Source of the DNA: Candidatus Latescibacterota bacterium
GTDB lineage: Bacteria; Latescibacterota; UBA2968; UBA8231
Length of the DNA stretch: 64,000 nt
Assembly (NCBI GenBank): GCA_965197905.1
Contig: CBDAOB010000004.1
Location: 1,440,001 to 1,504,000, forward strand
Direction of reading: 5' to 3'
Position 1 is the stretch's first letter. The number at the start of each line of letters is the position of its first letter. Made by a program: the position numbers and the translations under genes. The notes beneath the pieces were generated by a model that had not been told where the DNA came from, ran no database searches, and saw only the letters and a program-made list of their open reading frames with translations. Below are positions 8,083-18,297 of the stretch, one piece after another.

Positions 8083-10536
8083 ATGACGTTTACCCCCCTC
8101 TGCTTCAAACGCCGGCCGGCCCTGTGGTCGGCGGGTGCGTTTTCCTTCGGGATTCTGCTGGCCGATCCCCTGGCGTTGGACGTCATCGCCGTCTGGTTGG
8201 CAGGAGTGACGTTGTTCGTGCTGGGCCTGTTCCTTGGTCGCAGCTCCGGCTCTAGAGCTCTGGCACTGGATCTTTCCCTTTTTTCGCTGGTTTTCGCCTG
8301 CGGCGCTCTGCGCTACGAATCGCACACAGCTCTGTTACCCGCCAGTCACATCGGCCGGACTGACCTCTTCGGCGCCAAAGCGATGATCACGGGTACCATC
8401 CTCGAAGAACCCCAGCGCGGCAGCGACCGGACCCGAGTTCTCTTGGCTCTTGAAGAGGTGGAAAACGACAGCGCGCGATTCCGCGTGAGCGGGCGCATCA
8501 TGGTCACCTTCAGCGATCTTGAGATCGCGGCGGACTACGCCGATCGAATCGTCGTTTCAGGCCGCCTGCAAAAACCGGCACCGGCCCGGAATCCGGGAGC
8601 GTTCGACTATCGCCGCTTCCTGAAGCTGCGCGACACATGGGCCACTGTGAGCGTGCGCAAACAGGAACAGATCGTTCGGGTGGTAGGCAACCCGGGAGAT
8701 GCGCTGTACGAGTATCTGATCTTGCCGATTCGCGCCTCGGTACGGCGCAGTATCGAACGCAATCTCTCCGGAGCTCCGAGCGGTTTGTTGAGAGGCATGT
8801 TGTTAGGTGAGAAACACCGCATCCCCAGCGAGGTGGCCGACGCCTTCAGAGGAACGGGGCTGGCACACGCGCTGGTCATAAGCGGTCTGCACGTGGGGTT
8901 GGTCGCGGTGTTCTTCCTGACCGCCTTCAAGCTGTGCCGCATGTCCAGTCGCACGACAACCGTAACGACAGTGGCCGTTCTGGCTTTATACGCGTTTGTG
9001 ACCGAACTGCAACCTCCGGTCGTGCGCGCCGTAATCATGGTCAGCGTCGTTCTTCTGGGCCGCGCCCTGGGACGGGTCGGAGACATCTACAACTCGCTGG
9101 GCTTGGCCGCGCTGATTATCCTGGCCGTATGGCCCACAAGCTTGTTCACATTGAGCTTTCAGCTGTCGTTCGGGGCCACCCTCTCCATTGTCGCTCTCTA
9201 CGGTCCTCTCACCTGTTGGGTTCCGGCAACCTGGAAAGATGGCCTTTGGGAGAAGTGGGTTGTGGGCCCCGCGTGTGTATCCCTGGCCGCCCAGCTGGGC
9301 ACTGGACCGCTGATCGCCTACCACTTCCAACAAGTGGCGCCGCTCTCGCTGCCCGCCAATCTGCTGGTGGTACCTATCCTGGGATTGGCCGTCGGCCTGG
9401 GCCTCCTGAGTGCCATCACCGGCTGGATCTTTCCCCTGCTGGCCACCGCCTTCAATGGCTGTAATTACCTGGTGCTGGTCTTCCTCACCGAAGTAGTCGG
9501 TACGATCAACTCCCTACCCGGATCCTCGTTGACCTGTCCCAAGCCAGGTATGGGGTTTCTAACCGTCTGCGTCGCCTGCGTGGTCCTGCTCGCCCACTGC
9601 GACAGCCGTCGGTGCGCGCGCCACGCGTTGGTATACACGGTCTTGCTCTACGCCAACCTTTCGCTCTGGAGCTCCCAGCTGCGCGAGGGTCGGCTGCAGA
9701 TCACCTTCCTCGATGTGGGTCAGGGGGATGGGGCGTTCGTCGAGTTCCCCAACGGGCGCACGATGATCGTCGACGCGGGGATCCGCAGCGCCCATTTCGA
9801 CTACGGCAAGCGCGTGCTTGTTCCGTTCTTACGCCACCGCGGCGTCAGACATATCGACATGGTTGTTGCTTCCCATCCTCACAGCGACCACATCGGCGGC
9901 CTCGTTTACCTCCTGGAGCATGTGCGGGTGGACCATTTCATCGATTCAGGACAGGCTTACGATTCCTGGACCAGCAGACGGCTGCACGAACTGATACGCG
10001 CCAATAAGATCCAGTATCATCGGGTCGCCGCGGGCGATTCGTTGGTTGGCCTTGGAGGTGTCGGAGCGATCGTCCTGCACCCGACCTCCGCGTTCGTTAC
10101 GGCCGTAGGTGAATCGCCCCACGATCTCAACAATGGCTCGGTGGTGCTGCGGTTGGAAGCGGGATCGAACTCGGTGCTGTTCACCGGCGACATCGAAGTC
10201 GAGTCGGACCCGGCCATGCTGGGGTGGGGAGAACGTTTGCAATCCACCATTTTGAAGGTCGCCCATCACGGCTCCAAGACCTCTTCTAGGCCGGCGTTCG
10301 TCGATGCGGTGAATCCTCGAATCGCGATCATCTCCGTGGGATCGTTCAACAAGTTTGGACACCCCTCCCAACAAATATTGGCGCGGTTAAACGCCAGGTG
10401 CCGCGTCTATCGCACCGACAGGGACGGCGCCGTCACAATTCGTGTGGACGAGTCGATCTCGCTGGAATCGATGATTGGAGACCAGCTCCAAAGACCACGC
10501 AACGATTATGTCGCCAAGGCGTTGGGAATTATGTGA
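8083..10536 (+). CDS. comEC: DNA internalization competence protein ComEC/Rec2
   Basis: RNPGAFDY (DUF4131 region), HALVISGLH, SFQLSF, FLDVGQGD, HPHSDH metallo-beta-lactamase motif, NNGS, KVAHHGS, GHP. Confidence 0.93.
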   Translation: MTFTPLCFKRRPALWSAGAFSFGILLADPLALDVIAVWLAGVTLFVLGLFLGRSSGSRALALDLSLFSLVFACGALRYESHTALLPASHIGRTDLFGAKAMITGTILEEPQRGSDRTRVLLALEEVENDSARFRVSGRIMVTFSDLEIAADYADRIVVSGRLQKPAPARNPGAFDYRRFLKLRDTWATVSVRKQEQIVRVVGNPGDALYEYLILPIRASVRRSIERNLSGAPSGLLRGMLLGEKHRIPSEVADAFRGTGLAHALVISGLHVGLVAVFFLTAFKLCRMSSRTTTVTTVAVLALYAFVTELQPPVVRAVIMVSVVLLGRALGRVGDIYNSLGLAALIILAVWPTSLFTLSFQLSFGATLSIVALYGPLTCWVPATWKDGLWEKWVVGPACVSLAAQLGTGPLIAYHFQQVAPLSLPANLLVVPILGLAVGLGLLSAITGWIFPLLATAFNGCNYLVLVFLTEVVGTINSLPGSSLTCPKPGMGFLTVCVACVVLLAHCDSRRCARHALVYTVLLYANLSLWSSQLREGRLQITFLDVGQGDGAFVEFPNGRTMIVDAGIRSAHFDYGKRVLVPFLRHRGVRHIDMVVASHPHSDHIGGLVYLLEHVRVDHFIDSGQAYDSWTSRRLHELIRANKIQYHRVAAGDSLVGLGGVGAIVLHPTSAFVTAVGESPHDLNNGSVVLRLEAGSNSVLFTGDIEVESDPAMLGWGERLQSTILKVAHHGSKTSSRPAFVDAVNPRIAIISVGSFNKFGHPSQQILARLNARCRVYRTDRDGAVTIRVDESISLESMIGDQLQRPRNDYVAKALGIM

Positions 10537-10575
10537 GGAAGGCGGCTGACCCACCACCCCTGGTCAAGCGAGCGG

Positions 10576-11343
10576 CTAACCTTTGGACTGGCGGCGCGCC
10601 TGCAGCGTGGCCGGATCGAAGACGGCAGGTTCCGCCGGGACAGCTGCTACGCCGCCGGAGCCCAAGCCGAGGGATGGCGGCACCACGACCCCCGCCGACA
10701 CGATCATCTTCAGGGCTTCCTCGACGGTGAGGTCGGTGTCTCGAAGCTGGTCCGCGGGAACGATGAGCATAAAACCGGTAGTCGGGTTGGGGGCGGTGGG
10801 CACGAAGATGCTGTGGGCCAGTTCCCTCCCCCCGTCCACGGGGACGTCGCCGGCCATGAATCCGAGCGTCCAAACAGTTTTGCGCGGGTATTCCAGCAGC
10901 ACGACTTTGGTGAACCCCGCCTTCTCCGGTGAGGCCATGGTTTCCATCAGCTGGTGAATCGGTGCGTAGATGGTGCGCACCACCGGAAGCCGTTCCAGCG
11001 CTTCCCGGGCGCTGTGCAGCAAACGCTTGCCCACGACGTTGGCGGCAACGGCACCGACACACCACAGAATGAGAAAGGTCAGCAGGACCCCCAAACCGGG
11101 AATGTGGAATTCCGGATCGCCAAGTCGCCGGGCGAGTTGCCGGATGAGCGGGGCCGAAAAGCCGTCGGCCCAGCGAAAGAGGGTCAGCAACACCCATACG
11201 GTAATCCACAGCGGCGCAATAATCGTGACCCCTGTCATGATCGTAGTGCGCAGCTTGCCGATGCGACCGCGTAGGCGCCGGCGAGGTTTCTTGTCCTTGG
11301 GAGAACCCGAAGGGTCGTCCAGTCCTGATGTCGGCAGTGCCAT
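10576..11343 (-). CDS. DUF502 membrane protein
   Basis: Two TM helices, RLPVVRTIY, VVLLEYPR, FVPTAPNPTTGF, EEALKMIVSAG. TTGACA-17-GATATT promoter on the minus strand (11398-11370) supports a start at 11343. Confidence 0.88.
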   Translation of the reverse strand: MALPTSGLDDPSGSPKDKKPRRRLRGRIGKLRTTIMTGVTIIAPLWITVWVLLTLFRWADGFSAPLIRQLARRLGDPEFHIPGLGVLLTFLILWCVGAVAANVVGKRLLHSAREALERLPVVRTIYAPIHQLMETMASPEKAGFTKVVLLEYPRKTVWTLGFMAGDVPVDGGRELAHSIFVPTAPNPTTGFMLIVPADQLRDTDLTVEEALKMIVSAGVVVPPSLGLGSGGVAAVPAEPAVFDPATLQARRQSKG

Positions 11344-11511
11344 GGTGTCTCCGGAAAAATGGCCGCCCAAATATCCCTGAGCCGGAGGGCAGTGTCAAGA
11401 ATTCCCCATTGCCTGCGGCTGGTCAAATCCGGTTCTTATCATCGGCCGGAGACGGTTTATCCTGCACTGTCACCTTATCCCGATCTAGTCGACTGCTGGA
11501 GAGTGACTTCG

Positions 11512-12192
11512 ATGCCCGGTGAAGCAGTTCTGCTTCTGAGCGGTGGCATGGACTCGGCCACTTGCCTGTGGTGGATGGCCGCCAAGCGCCGGCTCCCCGT
11601 TTGCACGGTGAGTTTCGACTATGGGCAGCGCCATGCCGTGGAGTTGCAATACGCCGAACGTTTGAGTCAACGCTCTGGCGTGGGGTGTCACAAGGTTTTG
11701 CCGATGGATTTGCGCTCGGTCGGTGGTGGCCCGCTCGTTGACCGTAGCCTCGATATGCCGCCGGCCCGGGATCGGCAGCAGGTCAAAACCGTCGTGCCCC
11801 TGAGAAACATGCTGATGGTCACCCTCGCCGCCGCCTATGCTGAAACCCTGTCGGTGGATGAGCTCTACATCTCGCCCGTGCGCGACGACTACGAAAGCTA
11901 CCGCGATTGTCGCCGCGAGTTCTACGATAGCATGGAAAGCAGTTTGAGCCTGGGATCTACCAAAGAGCGAGCGATCAAACTTCATACACCGTTTGTGGAC
12001 AAGTGGAAGACCGAGGTGATTGAGATCGGGCTGTGCCTCGGGGTTCCCTACGAGCTCACCCACACCTGCTACGAAGGCCGGCGCCCGGCGTGCGGCATCT
12101 GCGACGCTTGCGTCGAACGGATCGCAGCCTTCAAAGCGAACCAATCCCAGGATCCCCTCGAATACGAAATCGATATGACCTGGTCCCCATGA
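11512..12192 (+). CDS. queC: 7-cyano-7-deazaguanine synthase
   Basis: LLSGGMDS, FDYGQRH, VPLRN, YRDCR, T.TCY..CG.CDAC.ER zinc site. Confidence 0.93.
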   Translation: MPGEAVLLLSGGMDSATCLWWMAAKRRLPVCTVSFDYGQRHAVELQYAERLSQRSGVGCHKVLPMDLRSVGGGPLVDRSLDMPPARDRQQVKTVVPLRNMLMVTLAAAYAETLSVDELYISPVRDDYESYRDCRREFYDSMESSLSLGSTKERAIKLHTPFVDKWKTEVIEIGLCLGVPYELTHTCYEGRRPACGICDACVERIAAFKANQSQDPLEYEIDMTWSP

Positions 12193-12827
12193 ATGTCCTG
12201 GAAGAAATACCCCAGGCGGCTGCGGATCGGTTGCCGCTCTGGCGCGAGTCGGGGAGAACGCTGCAGGTCAACGAAATCTTCTATTCGATAGAAGGAGAGG
12301 GGATGCGCGTCGGGCAATCCACAACCTTCGTGCGTCTGGCCAGATGCAATCTTCGCTGCCGGTTCTGCGATACCGAGTTCGACAGCTTTTCGGAACGTAC
12401 CGTCGACGACATCGCCGCGGAGGTCGAGCGCCATCCGGCTGCTTGGGTTTGTCTAACGGGAGGCGAACCTCTTGGACAGAACATTGGGGACCTTTGCCGG
12501 GTCTTGGTGGAGAAGGGCTACCGGATCCACATCGAGACCAACGGTACGATTGGTCCGGATCCCATCCTCTACGAATGGATCGAGCACTGGACGGTGTCGC
12601 CGAAGTGTTTCCCAGTGGTAGACGGATTTCGCCGCATCGACGAACTGAAATACGTTGTCGGGAAATCGTTCAAGGAAGAGCGGGTAGAGGAAAACCTGGC
12701 AGGGTGTATCTATCTGCAGCCGGAGTCGTCAAATCCGGAATATGTGCAGAAGGCGTTGGAGATTCTCAAGTGCCATCCCCACTGGCGTCTGTCGAGCCGC
12801 ATACACAAAACCCTGGGTTTGCCTTGA
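12189..12827 (+). CDS. queE: 7-carboxy-7-deazaguanine synthase (radical SAM)
   Basis: EIFYSIEGEG, CNLRCRFCDT, TGGEP, IETNG, VSPK, LQPE. ATGA overlap with queC. Confidence 0.92.
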   Translation: MNVLEEIPQAAADRLPLWRESGRTLQVNEIFYSIEGEGMRVGQSTTFVRLARCNLRCRFCDTEFDSFSERTVDDIAAEVERHPAAWVCLTGGEPLGQNIGDLCRVLVEKGYRIHIETNGTIGPDPILYEWIEHWTVSPKCFPVVDGFRRIDELKYVVGKSFKEERVEENLAGCIYLQPESSNPEYVQKALEILKCHPHWRLSSRIHKTLGLP

Positions 12828-12830
12828 GCA

Positions 12831-13421
12831 TCATCGGGCGACCGGCGTGAGGCCTTCGGCGTCCTGGCGATATTTCTTGGCGCATGTCCGACAGCTCAGC
12901 TGGGGCGCCGTCTCATCGTCGGGCAACAGCACACCGCACTCGCATACCCACCCCTTCCGCCGCGCCGGTACCCCGTATACAACGGCGTACGGCGCTATGT
13001 CCCGGGTGACCACCGCACCGGCGCCGACGAATGCGTAGGCTCCGATCGTGACCCCACATACGATGGTGGCGTTGGCACCCAGACTGGCCCCCTCGCCGAT
13101 CACGGTCGCTTTGAATTCGTGTTTGCGCTCGATGCGAGCCCGCGGGTTGATCACGTTCGTGAACACTACGGACGGTCCGCAGAACACCCCGTCTTCCAGC
13201 ACGACGCCGCTGTAGAGCGAAACGTTGTTCTGTATCTTGCAGTCGCGGCCGACGACCACTTCCCGATCGACGAAGACGTTCTGCCCCAATATGCAGCTCG
13301 GGCCGATGCGGGCCCCGGACATGACGTGGCTGAAGTGCCAGATACGGGTGCCTTCGCCGATCTCGCACGGCTGGTCGATACAGCAGCTTTCATGGGCGAA
13401 GAATCCAGTGGCATCAGTCAT
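12831..13421 (-). CDS. Hexapeptide-repeat N-acetyltransferase (WbpD/WlbB-like) with C-terminal zinc ribbon
   Basis: IWHFSHV, LGQNV, KIQNNVS, FCGPS.VFTNV.NPR, GVPAR..GWVCECG ... C..C. Confidence 0.88.
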   Translation of the reverse strand: MTDATGFFAHESCCIDQPCEIGEGTRIWHFSHVMSGARIGPSCILGQNVFVDREVVVGRDCKIQNNVSLYSGVVLEDGVFCGPSVVFTNVINPRARIERKHEFKATVIGEGASLGANATIVCGVTIGAYAFVGAGAVVTRDIAPYAVVYGVPARRKGWVCECGVLLPDDETAPQLSCRTCAKKYRQDAEGLTPVAR

Positions 13422-13535
13422 GTGCGCACAGGGGATAGTCTAGGGGTGAATCGACCGTGGCGAGGTATGAAGTGTTGCGAATATACGCCTGAGCGAACGA
13501 TCGAGCCACTTGCGCGCGTCCGCGCGCGCGTTCGA

Positions 13536-13564
13536 TTGACATGCCCCAGTGAGCGGTTTAGACT
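13536..13564 (+). promoter_or_regulatory. Sigma70-type promoter for the FAH-family gene
   Basis: TTGACA-17-TAGACT, with AGGAGG RBS before ATG 13617. Confidence 0.65.
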
Positions 13565-13616
13565 ATCGCTCTACTTAAACTCAAAACGGTTTTGAATTAC
13601 CCCTCAGGAGGATTCC

Positions 13617-14591
13617 ATGAAACTTGCAACCTATTACACAAAAAAAACGGAAGCTGTTGGCGCCGTCGTCGACAACGACAGAATCATAGTCGATCTCGTG
13701 GCCGCGGATCGAGCGCTCGCCCGCAGAGAAAAGCGCAAACCTCATCCGTTTTTCACGGATATGATTTCGCTACTGGAGGCAGGCGGCAAAGGGATGAGCG
13801 CCGCAAAGAAGGCGGCTAACCTCGCCGCGGAGAAGCTCGGCTCCCCGGCGAAAGCGGATGGCAAGACGAGCCACAACGTAAGTCGTGTAAAGTTGCGCGC
13901 CCCCGTCCCCAACCCCCGAAAGGTCTTTTGCCTGGCGGGCAATTATCAAGACCACATCGAAGAGGGTGGGGGCAAGATGTCTGTGCAGGACAAAGAGACC
14001 CCTCGCGTGTTTATGAAACCGCCCACCACCACCGTCATCAATCCTGGCGACGCTATCTTGATCCCGCCGGTAGCTCGCTCCATCGATTGGGAAGGGGAGC
14101 TTTGCGTGGTGATGGGACGCAAGACCAAGGGCGTAAAGGCAAAGGACGCGCTCAGATACGTCGCCGGTTACACCGTGATGAACGACGTCTCCGAACGCGA
14201 CCTGGTCATTCGAAACCGGACTGAGAGCCGGCCGCAGGACAAGTGGTTCGACTGGCTCAACGGAAAATGGCTGGACACCTTTGCTCCGCAGGGACCGTGG
14301 ATTACCACGACCGACGAAATTCGCGATCCCCAAACGCTAGATATCAGCACCTACATCAACGGGGAGCGGCGTCAGCACAACAACACTGCCCAGATGCTCT
14401 ACCCGGTCAGAATGATCATCGAGTACATCTCCGCAATCATCACCCTCGAACCCGGTGATCTGATCAGCACGGGCACGATTTCCGGCGTCGGCGCCACCAC
14501 GGGGGAGTTCATGAAACCCGGCCATACCGTCGAGATCGAGATTTCCAAGATCGGTGTCCTGCGCAACAAGGTGGCAAAGAGCAAGAAGTAA
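13617..14591 (+). CDS. Fumarylacetoacetate hydrolase family protein
   Basis: NY..H..E, P.VFMK, DWEGEL, GYTVMNDVSER, GK..DTFAP.GP, TLEPGDLISTGT. Confidence 0.92.
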   Translation: MKLATYYTKKTEAVGAVVDNDRIIVDLVAADRALARREKRKPHPFFTDMISLLEAGGKGMSAAKKAANLAAEKLGSPAKADGKTSHNVSRVKLRAPVPNPRKVFCLAGNYQDHIEEGGGKMSVQDKETPRVFMKPPTTTVINPGDAILIPPVARSIDWEGELCVVMGRKTKGVKAKDALRYVAGYTVMNDVSERDLVIRNRTESRPQDKWFDWLNGKWLDTFAPQGPWITTTDEIRDPQTLDISTYINGERRQHNNTAQMLYPVRMIIEYISAIITLEPGDLISTGTISGVGATTGEFMKPGHTVEIEISKIGVLRNKVAKSKK

Positions 14592-14743
14592 GCGAGCCGC
14601 TGGCTCATCCGGCGCGTACGCGATGAGCCGACGGTTTCATGCCGGACATTCGGAACGGGAAGCGACCACCGAGCCGGTGTGATCATCTTTGGGCGAGAGG
14701 GAGTCCGCTTGACTCCTTCCCGCCCTTTTTCTGGTAGACACAC

Positions 14744-15898
14744 GTGCAGAAACTGCGTCTGTTCTTGACCGCTCTATGTCATTTTTGTGTCGACAGCTAT
14801 GCCACACTGTTGGCGCCGATTCTGCCGCTGGTCAACGAACGCCTGGGACTGAGTTTGGCCTACGCCGGCCTGCTCGGCACCATCGTTTCCCTGTGCAATC
14901 TCAGCCAGCCGTTGATGGGTTTGTGGGCCGACCGCATGTCGCGGCGCTACCTCGTCCTTTTGGGGGCCTTGCTGACCGCCGTGTTCTGTCCGCTCATTGG
15001 AGTTGCTCCCAATTACACCGTGCTGCTCATCGTGCTCGCGCTCGGAGGCTTGGGAGTTGCGGCCTTTCATCCCCAGTCGTTCTCGCTGGCGGGAGATCTG
15101 AGCGGTAACCAGCGTTCGTTCGGGCTTTCCCTGTTTATCTTCGGGGGCACCATGGCGCTGGGCATCGTACCCCTCTGGGTGCCGTATTACACCACGGTGT
15201 TTGGACTGGAGAGCTTACCGTGGCTCAGCTTGCCTGGGATCGCGGCCGCCATTCTAGTTTTCCGCTTCGTGCCACTAGAGAATCCAACGGTCAACAGGAG
15301 CCGGAGCATCGGCGTGCGGGAAAGTCTGGGCCCCCAGGCCGTACCCCTCCTGTTGATCACTCTAGTTGTCATCGCCAGGTCGGCGGCGGGATTGGGGTTC
15401 GGGTTTTACCTGACCATCTTGGCACAGGAACGCGGGCTCTCCCTGGTGCAAGGCGGCGGCATGTTGGCGATCTACAACGTCTCAGGTGTCGTGGGCAGTT
15501 TGGCGGTAGGTTATCTCGCGGATCGGATTGAACCGAAACCGATGGTTTGGGGCGGGCTGCTCCTGGCCGGTCCCGCGCTGTACTACTTCGTCGGCTCGAC
15601 GGGATTGCTCAGCTACGTACTGCTCTTTATCGGCGGCGGATTGATGATGTCCTCGAATTCCGTGCTCGTCGCCGTCGCCCAGGAACTGGCTCCGGACAAC
15701 TCCGGTTTGGCTTCCAGCCTGCCGCTGGGATTCAGCTGGGGTATTGCCAGCCTCAGCCTGCCGTTCGTCGGGCATCTGGCCGACCAGATCGGCGTGGCGG
15801 AAACCTTGAAGTATGTCTCACTGGTTACGGTGCCAACCGGTATTCTCGCTCTATGGCTGCCCAAACGACCTAGAAATGCCGTCACGGCGGCGGCGTAA
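14744..15898 (+). CDS. MFS transporter (Fsr/fosmidomycin-resistance-like)
   Basis: About 12 TM segments; HF.VD, QP..G..ADR, AFHP, GYLADR. Confidence 0.88.
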   Translation: MQKLRLFLTALCHFCVDSYATLLAPILPLVNERLGLSLAYAGLLGTIVSLCNLSQPLMGLWADRMSRRYLVLLGALLTAVFCPLIGVAPNYTVLLIVLALGGLGVAAFHPQSFSLAGDLSGNQRSFGLSLFIFGGTMALGIVPLWVPYYTTVFGLESLPWLSLPGIAAAILVFRFVPLENPTVNRSRSIGVRESLGPQAVPLLLITLVVIARSAAGLGFGFYLTILAQERGLSLVQGGGMLAIYNVSGVVGSLAVGYLADRIEPKPMVWGGLLLAGPALYYFVGSTGLLSYVLLFIGGGLMMSSNSVLVAVAQELAPDNSGLASSLPLGFSWGIASLSLPFVGHLADQIGVAETLKYVSLVTVPTGILALWLPKRPRNAVTAAA

Positions 15899-15933
15899 AA
15901 AAATCTCCTGCCGAGTCAGACCCGACAGGAGAT
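15897..15933 (-). terminator. Intrinsic terminator between convergent genes
   Basis: ATCTCCTG (15903-15910) / CAGGAGAT (15926-15933) stem preceded by a run of 7 A, i.e. a U-tract on the minus strand. Confidence 0.55.
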
Positions 15934-16064
15934 ACCTTACCCCTAAGGAGGATTTAGGAGACCTGGGACCAATACCTGGCCCACATTTTAATGATCGGCA
16001 CTGACCGTAAAATGTTGAGAGAATTCTGCGCTCCGTACAAGAGTGTGAACGCCAGCGCCGGAGG

Positions 16065-18290
16065 TTACCCCGTGCCTCTGGCGAAGTTGGCGAACGAATG
16101 TGTGGTGCCGGTGCGACGGCCGACGTATTTGTCGAGCAGAAATTCGTATATGGACACGAAGTCTTCTCGCCCGTTGTCTCTATTGTAGAAGTAACAAAAC
16201 GGGTTGGGATTCAGTTCCAGTATGCTGAATCCGTCCTTGCCGTCGATGAAGTCGATCGCATAGAACCCCAGGTCGATCACCTCCGACACCCGGCGGGCCA
16301 ACTCTTCCATTGCACCTCGACGTTCTGGGTTCGTCACCTTGACGGCGCGCCCGCTGGTTTGATGCAGGGGGTTCAAACGGCCCGGGGAAAGGCCCTCCTC
16401 GCACTTCTTCTCGTACGCCAGCAGGAGTTCCCCCTGGCTGGCCACGACGCGGTATTCGGGGCCGTGCACAAACGATTGGATCAACAGGATGTTGTCCAGG
16501 TAACCGCTGTTCTCGAACAGCATCCGCATCCTTGCTCGCAGAGACCCTCCGTCGCTTTCGAGGAAAACACCCTGAGACACAGAGCTGCGGTAACGTTTCA
16601 CCAGCAGGGGATAGGAAAACCGAGATTCGATATCATCTACCGCCTGGTCAACTGACTGGTGGTTTTTGTAGCGGTTAAAACGATCGTCGGCAAACGGATT
16701 GAAGATTTGCTCTGTCTTCGGCGTCGGCAGGCCAGACCGGGTGAACAGCTCGAATTGATATCCCTTGTCCTCAGCGAGGCGAGCGCTGACGTAGTCATTG
16801 AACGGGTGTTTGTTGCGCAGAAAGTAGAGTGGTCGCTCGCGGGTCCTGACCATGAAGACGTTGTCGTTGTCGGATACGCGCTGGCATTCGAAACCGCTGC
16901 GCTGACTGGCCATGGCAATGCAAGTCAGGCTCTCCAACGGCACCTCTTCGCTGATGCCCTCGCGTTCCATAGGGAGATTGAAGAATTCCCGCGCCCGCGC
17001 GACCAGGTGCAACGAACCGGTCACACAGAGAAACTGCTCGGGGCCGAGGCCGTCGAGCGCTTGTCGCAACGCCTGCGTCCAGGTACCGACCTTTAGATGG
17101 TCCAACCCGGTCGGCACGGCCTCTTCCAGCGCGTCGACATCGTAGGCTTTGGGGTGATCCGACGAGGTGAGGATAACCTGGTTAGCCGACGGTTTCAGCG
17201 CCGCCAGGATGCCTGCCGGGTCGTGCCCATCGTTGACTCCCACGACGAAGGTCCAGCGCGACGAGAGTGTGCTCAGGTCAGCGACCAGAGCTTCGGCAGC
17301 GGCTGGATTGTGGGCTCCGTCCAGCAAAACGCAGGGCTTGTCGTGAGCTTTCTCGAAGCGCCCCGGCCACCGGTGGCCGGCTATCACCTGCCTAGCCCGC
17401 TCGTGGTCGAAACGATCGTCCATGAGCAACCGAACCGCGCTAACAGCCAGCGTGGCATTCTCGATGTAGTAGCGAGGACGCTGGAAACCTCCCGTCGACA
17501 CAGCGGTCGACGGCGCCACGTCGTTTGCGGGAAACGCCCGCGGGCGAAACTCCGCCTCCTTCTTGGCATCTGGCGGTCGGACGCAGGGATCGACACTCTG
17601 AGAAATCTGCAGATCCACCTTTTCGCGCTCACAGTAAGCGCGGAGAAAATCCAGTACAATCGGGTTTTGCACAGGAGTGGATACCAAGGTGTGGCCCGGC
17701 CGGGCAATGTTAACCTTGTCGGCCGCGATGCTCAAGAGATCCGCGCCCAGAACCTCTACGTGATCCAGAGCAACCGGCGTCAAGACAGCCAATTCGGAGT
17801 CCCACGCGTTGGTTGCGTCGAAACGCCCTCCGAGTCCCACCTCGAAAACGCCGTACTGCATCTCCGCTTTGCTGAAAAGGTGGGCTGCCAGTGCGGTCAC
17901 CGCTTCGAATTTGCTGAAGGAGCCGAATCCTTCGGTTTCGAATTCCCGGGTTTGATCGTAGAAGAAACTCGTGGCTTCCGCCCACCCGTCTCGGTCTACA
18001 AGAGAGCCTTGAATCTGAATTCGTTCGCGCACGGTGTGCAGATGTGGTTGGGTGTACAACCCGACAGTGCACCCTGAAGCCTTCAATATCGCCGCTACCA
18101 GGCTGGCCACTGTGCCTTTGCCGTTGGAACCGCCGACGATCACCGAACGAAAGCTTTGTTGCGGGTCCCCGAGACGCTTCAGCAATTGCCGCATGCGCGG
18201 CAGGTACCCGTTAAGCGGCCCCAACTGCGGACGGCCTGTCTCCCAGTCGGGCAGGGTGTCGAGGTAGCGTCTGCTGTGGAAGTAGTCCAC
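16065..18290 (-). CDS. FolC-like folylpolyglutamate synthase fused to a C-terminal RimK-like ATP-grasp domain
   Basis: N-part: LG.PQ, VGGSNGKGT, YTQPHL...RERI, FEVGLGGRFDATN, LDH...LG, WPGRFE, LDGAHNP, TGSLHLV. C-part: DKG, P.LVK...S.SQGV, IQSFV.G.EYRV, AIDFI, ILELN.NP. GTG start 7 nt after the moaA stop. Confidence 0.85.
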   Translation of the reverse strand: MDYFHSRRYLDTLPDWETGRPQLGPLNGYLPRMRQLLKRLGDPQQSFRSVIVGGSNGKGTVASLVAAILKASGCTVGLYTQPHLHTVRERIQIQGSLVDRDGWAEATSFFYDQTREFETEGFGSFSKFEAVTALAAHLFSKAEMQYGVFEVGLGGRFDATNAWDSELAVLTPVALDHVEVLGADLLSIAADKVNIARPGHTLVSTPVQNPIVLDFLRAYCEREKVDLQISQSVDPCVRPPDAKKEAEFRPRAFPANDVAPSTAVSTGGFQRPRYYIENATLAVSAVRLLMDDRFDHERARQVIAGHRWPGRFEKAHDKPCVLLDGAHNPAAAEALVADLSTLSSRWTFVVGVNDGHDPAGILAALKPSANQVILTSSDHPKAYDVDALEEAVPTGLDHLKVGTWTQALRQALDGLGPEQFLCVTGSLHLVARAREFFNLPMEREGISEEVPLESLTCIAMASQRSGFECQRVSDNDNVFMVRTRERPLYFLRNKHPFNDYVSARLAEDKGYQFELFTRSGLPTPKTEQIFNPFADDRFNRYKNHQSVDQAVDDIESRFSYPLLVKRYRSSVSQGVFLESDGGSLRARMRMLFENSGYLDNILLIQSFVHGPEYRVVASQGELLLAYEKKCEEGLSPGRLNPLHQTSGRAVKVTNPERRGAMEELARRVSEVIDLGFYAIDFIDGKDGFSILELNPNPFCYFYNRDNGREDFVSIYEFLLDKYVGRRTGTTHSFANFARGTG

Positions 18291-18297
18291 TGGTGGC

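Noticed and set aside
11512..12827. queC/queE as part of a 7-deazaguanine DNA-modification (Dpd) defence island
   Set aside because: No dpdA/tgt paralogue, helicase or nuclease is nearby. Ordinary queuosine synthesis is the simpler reading.
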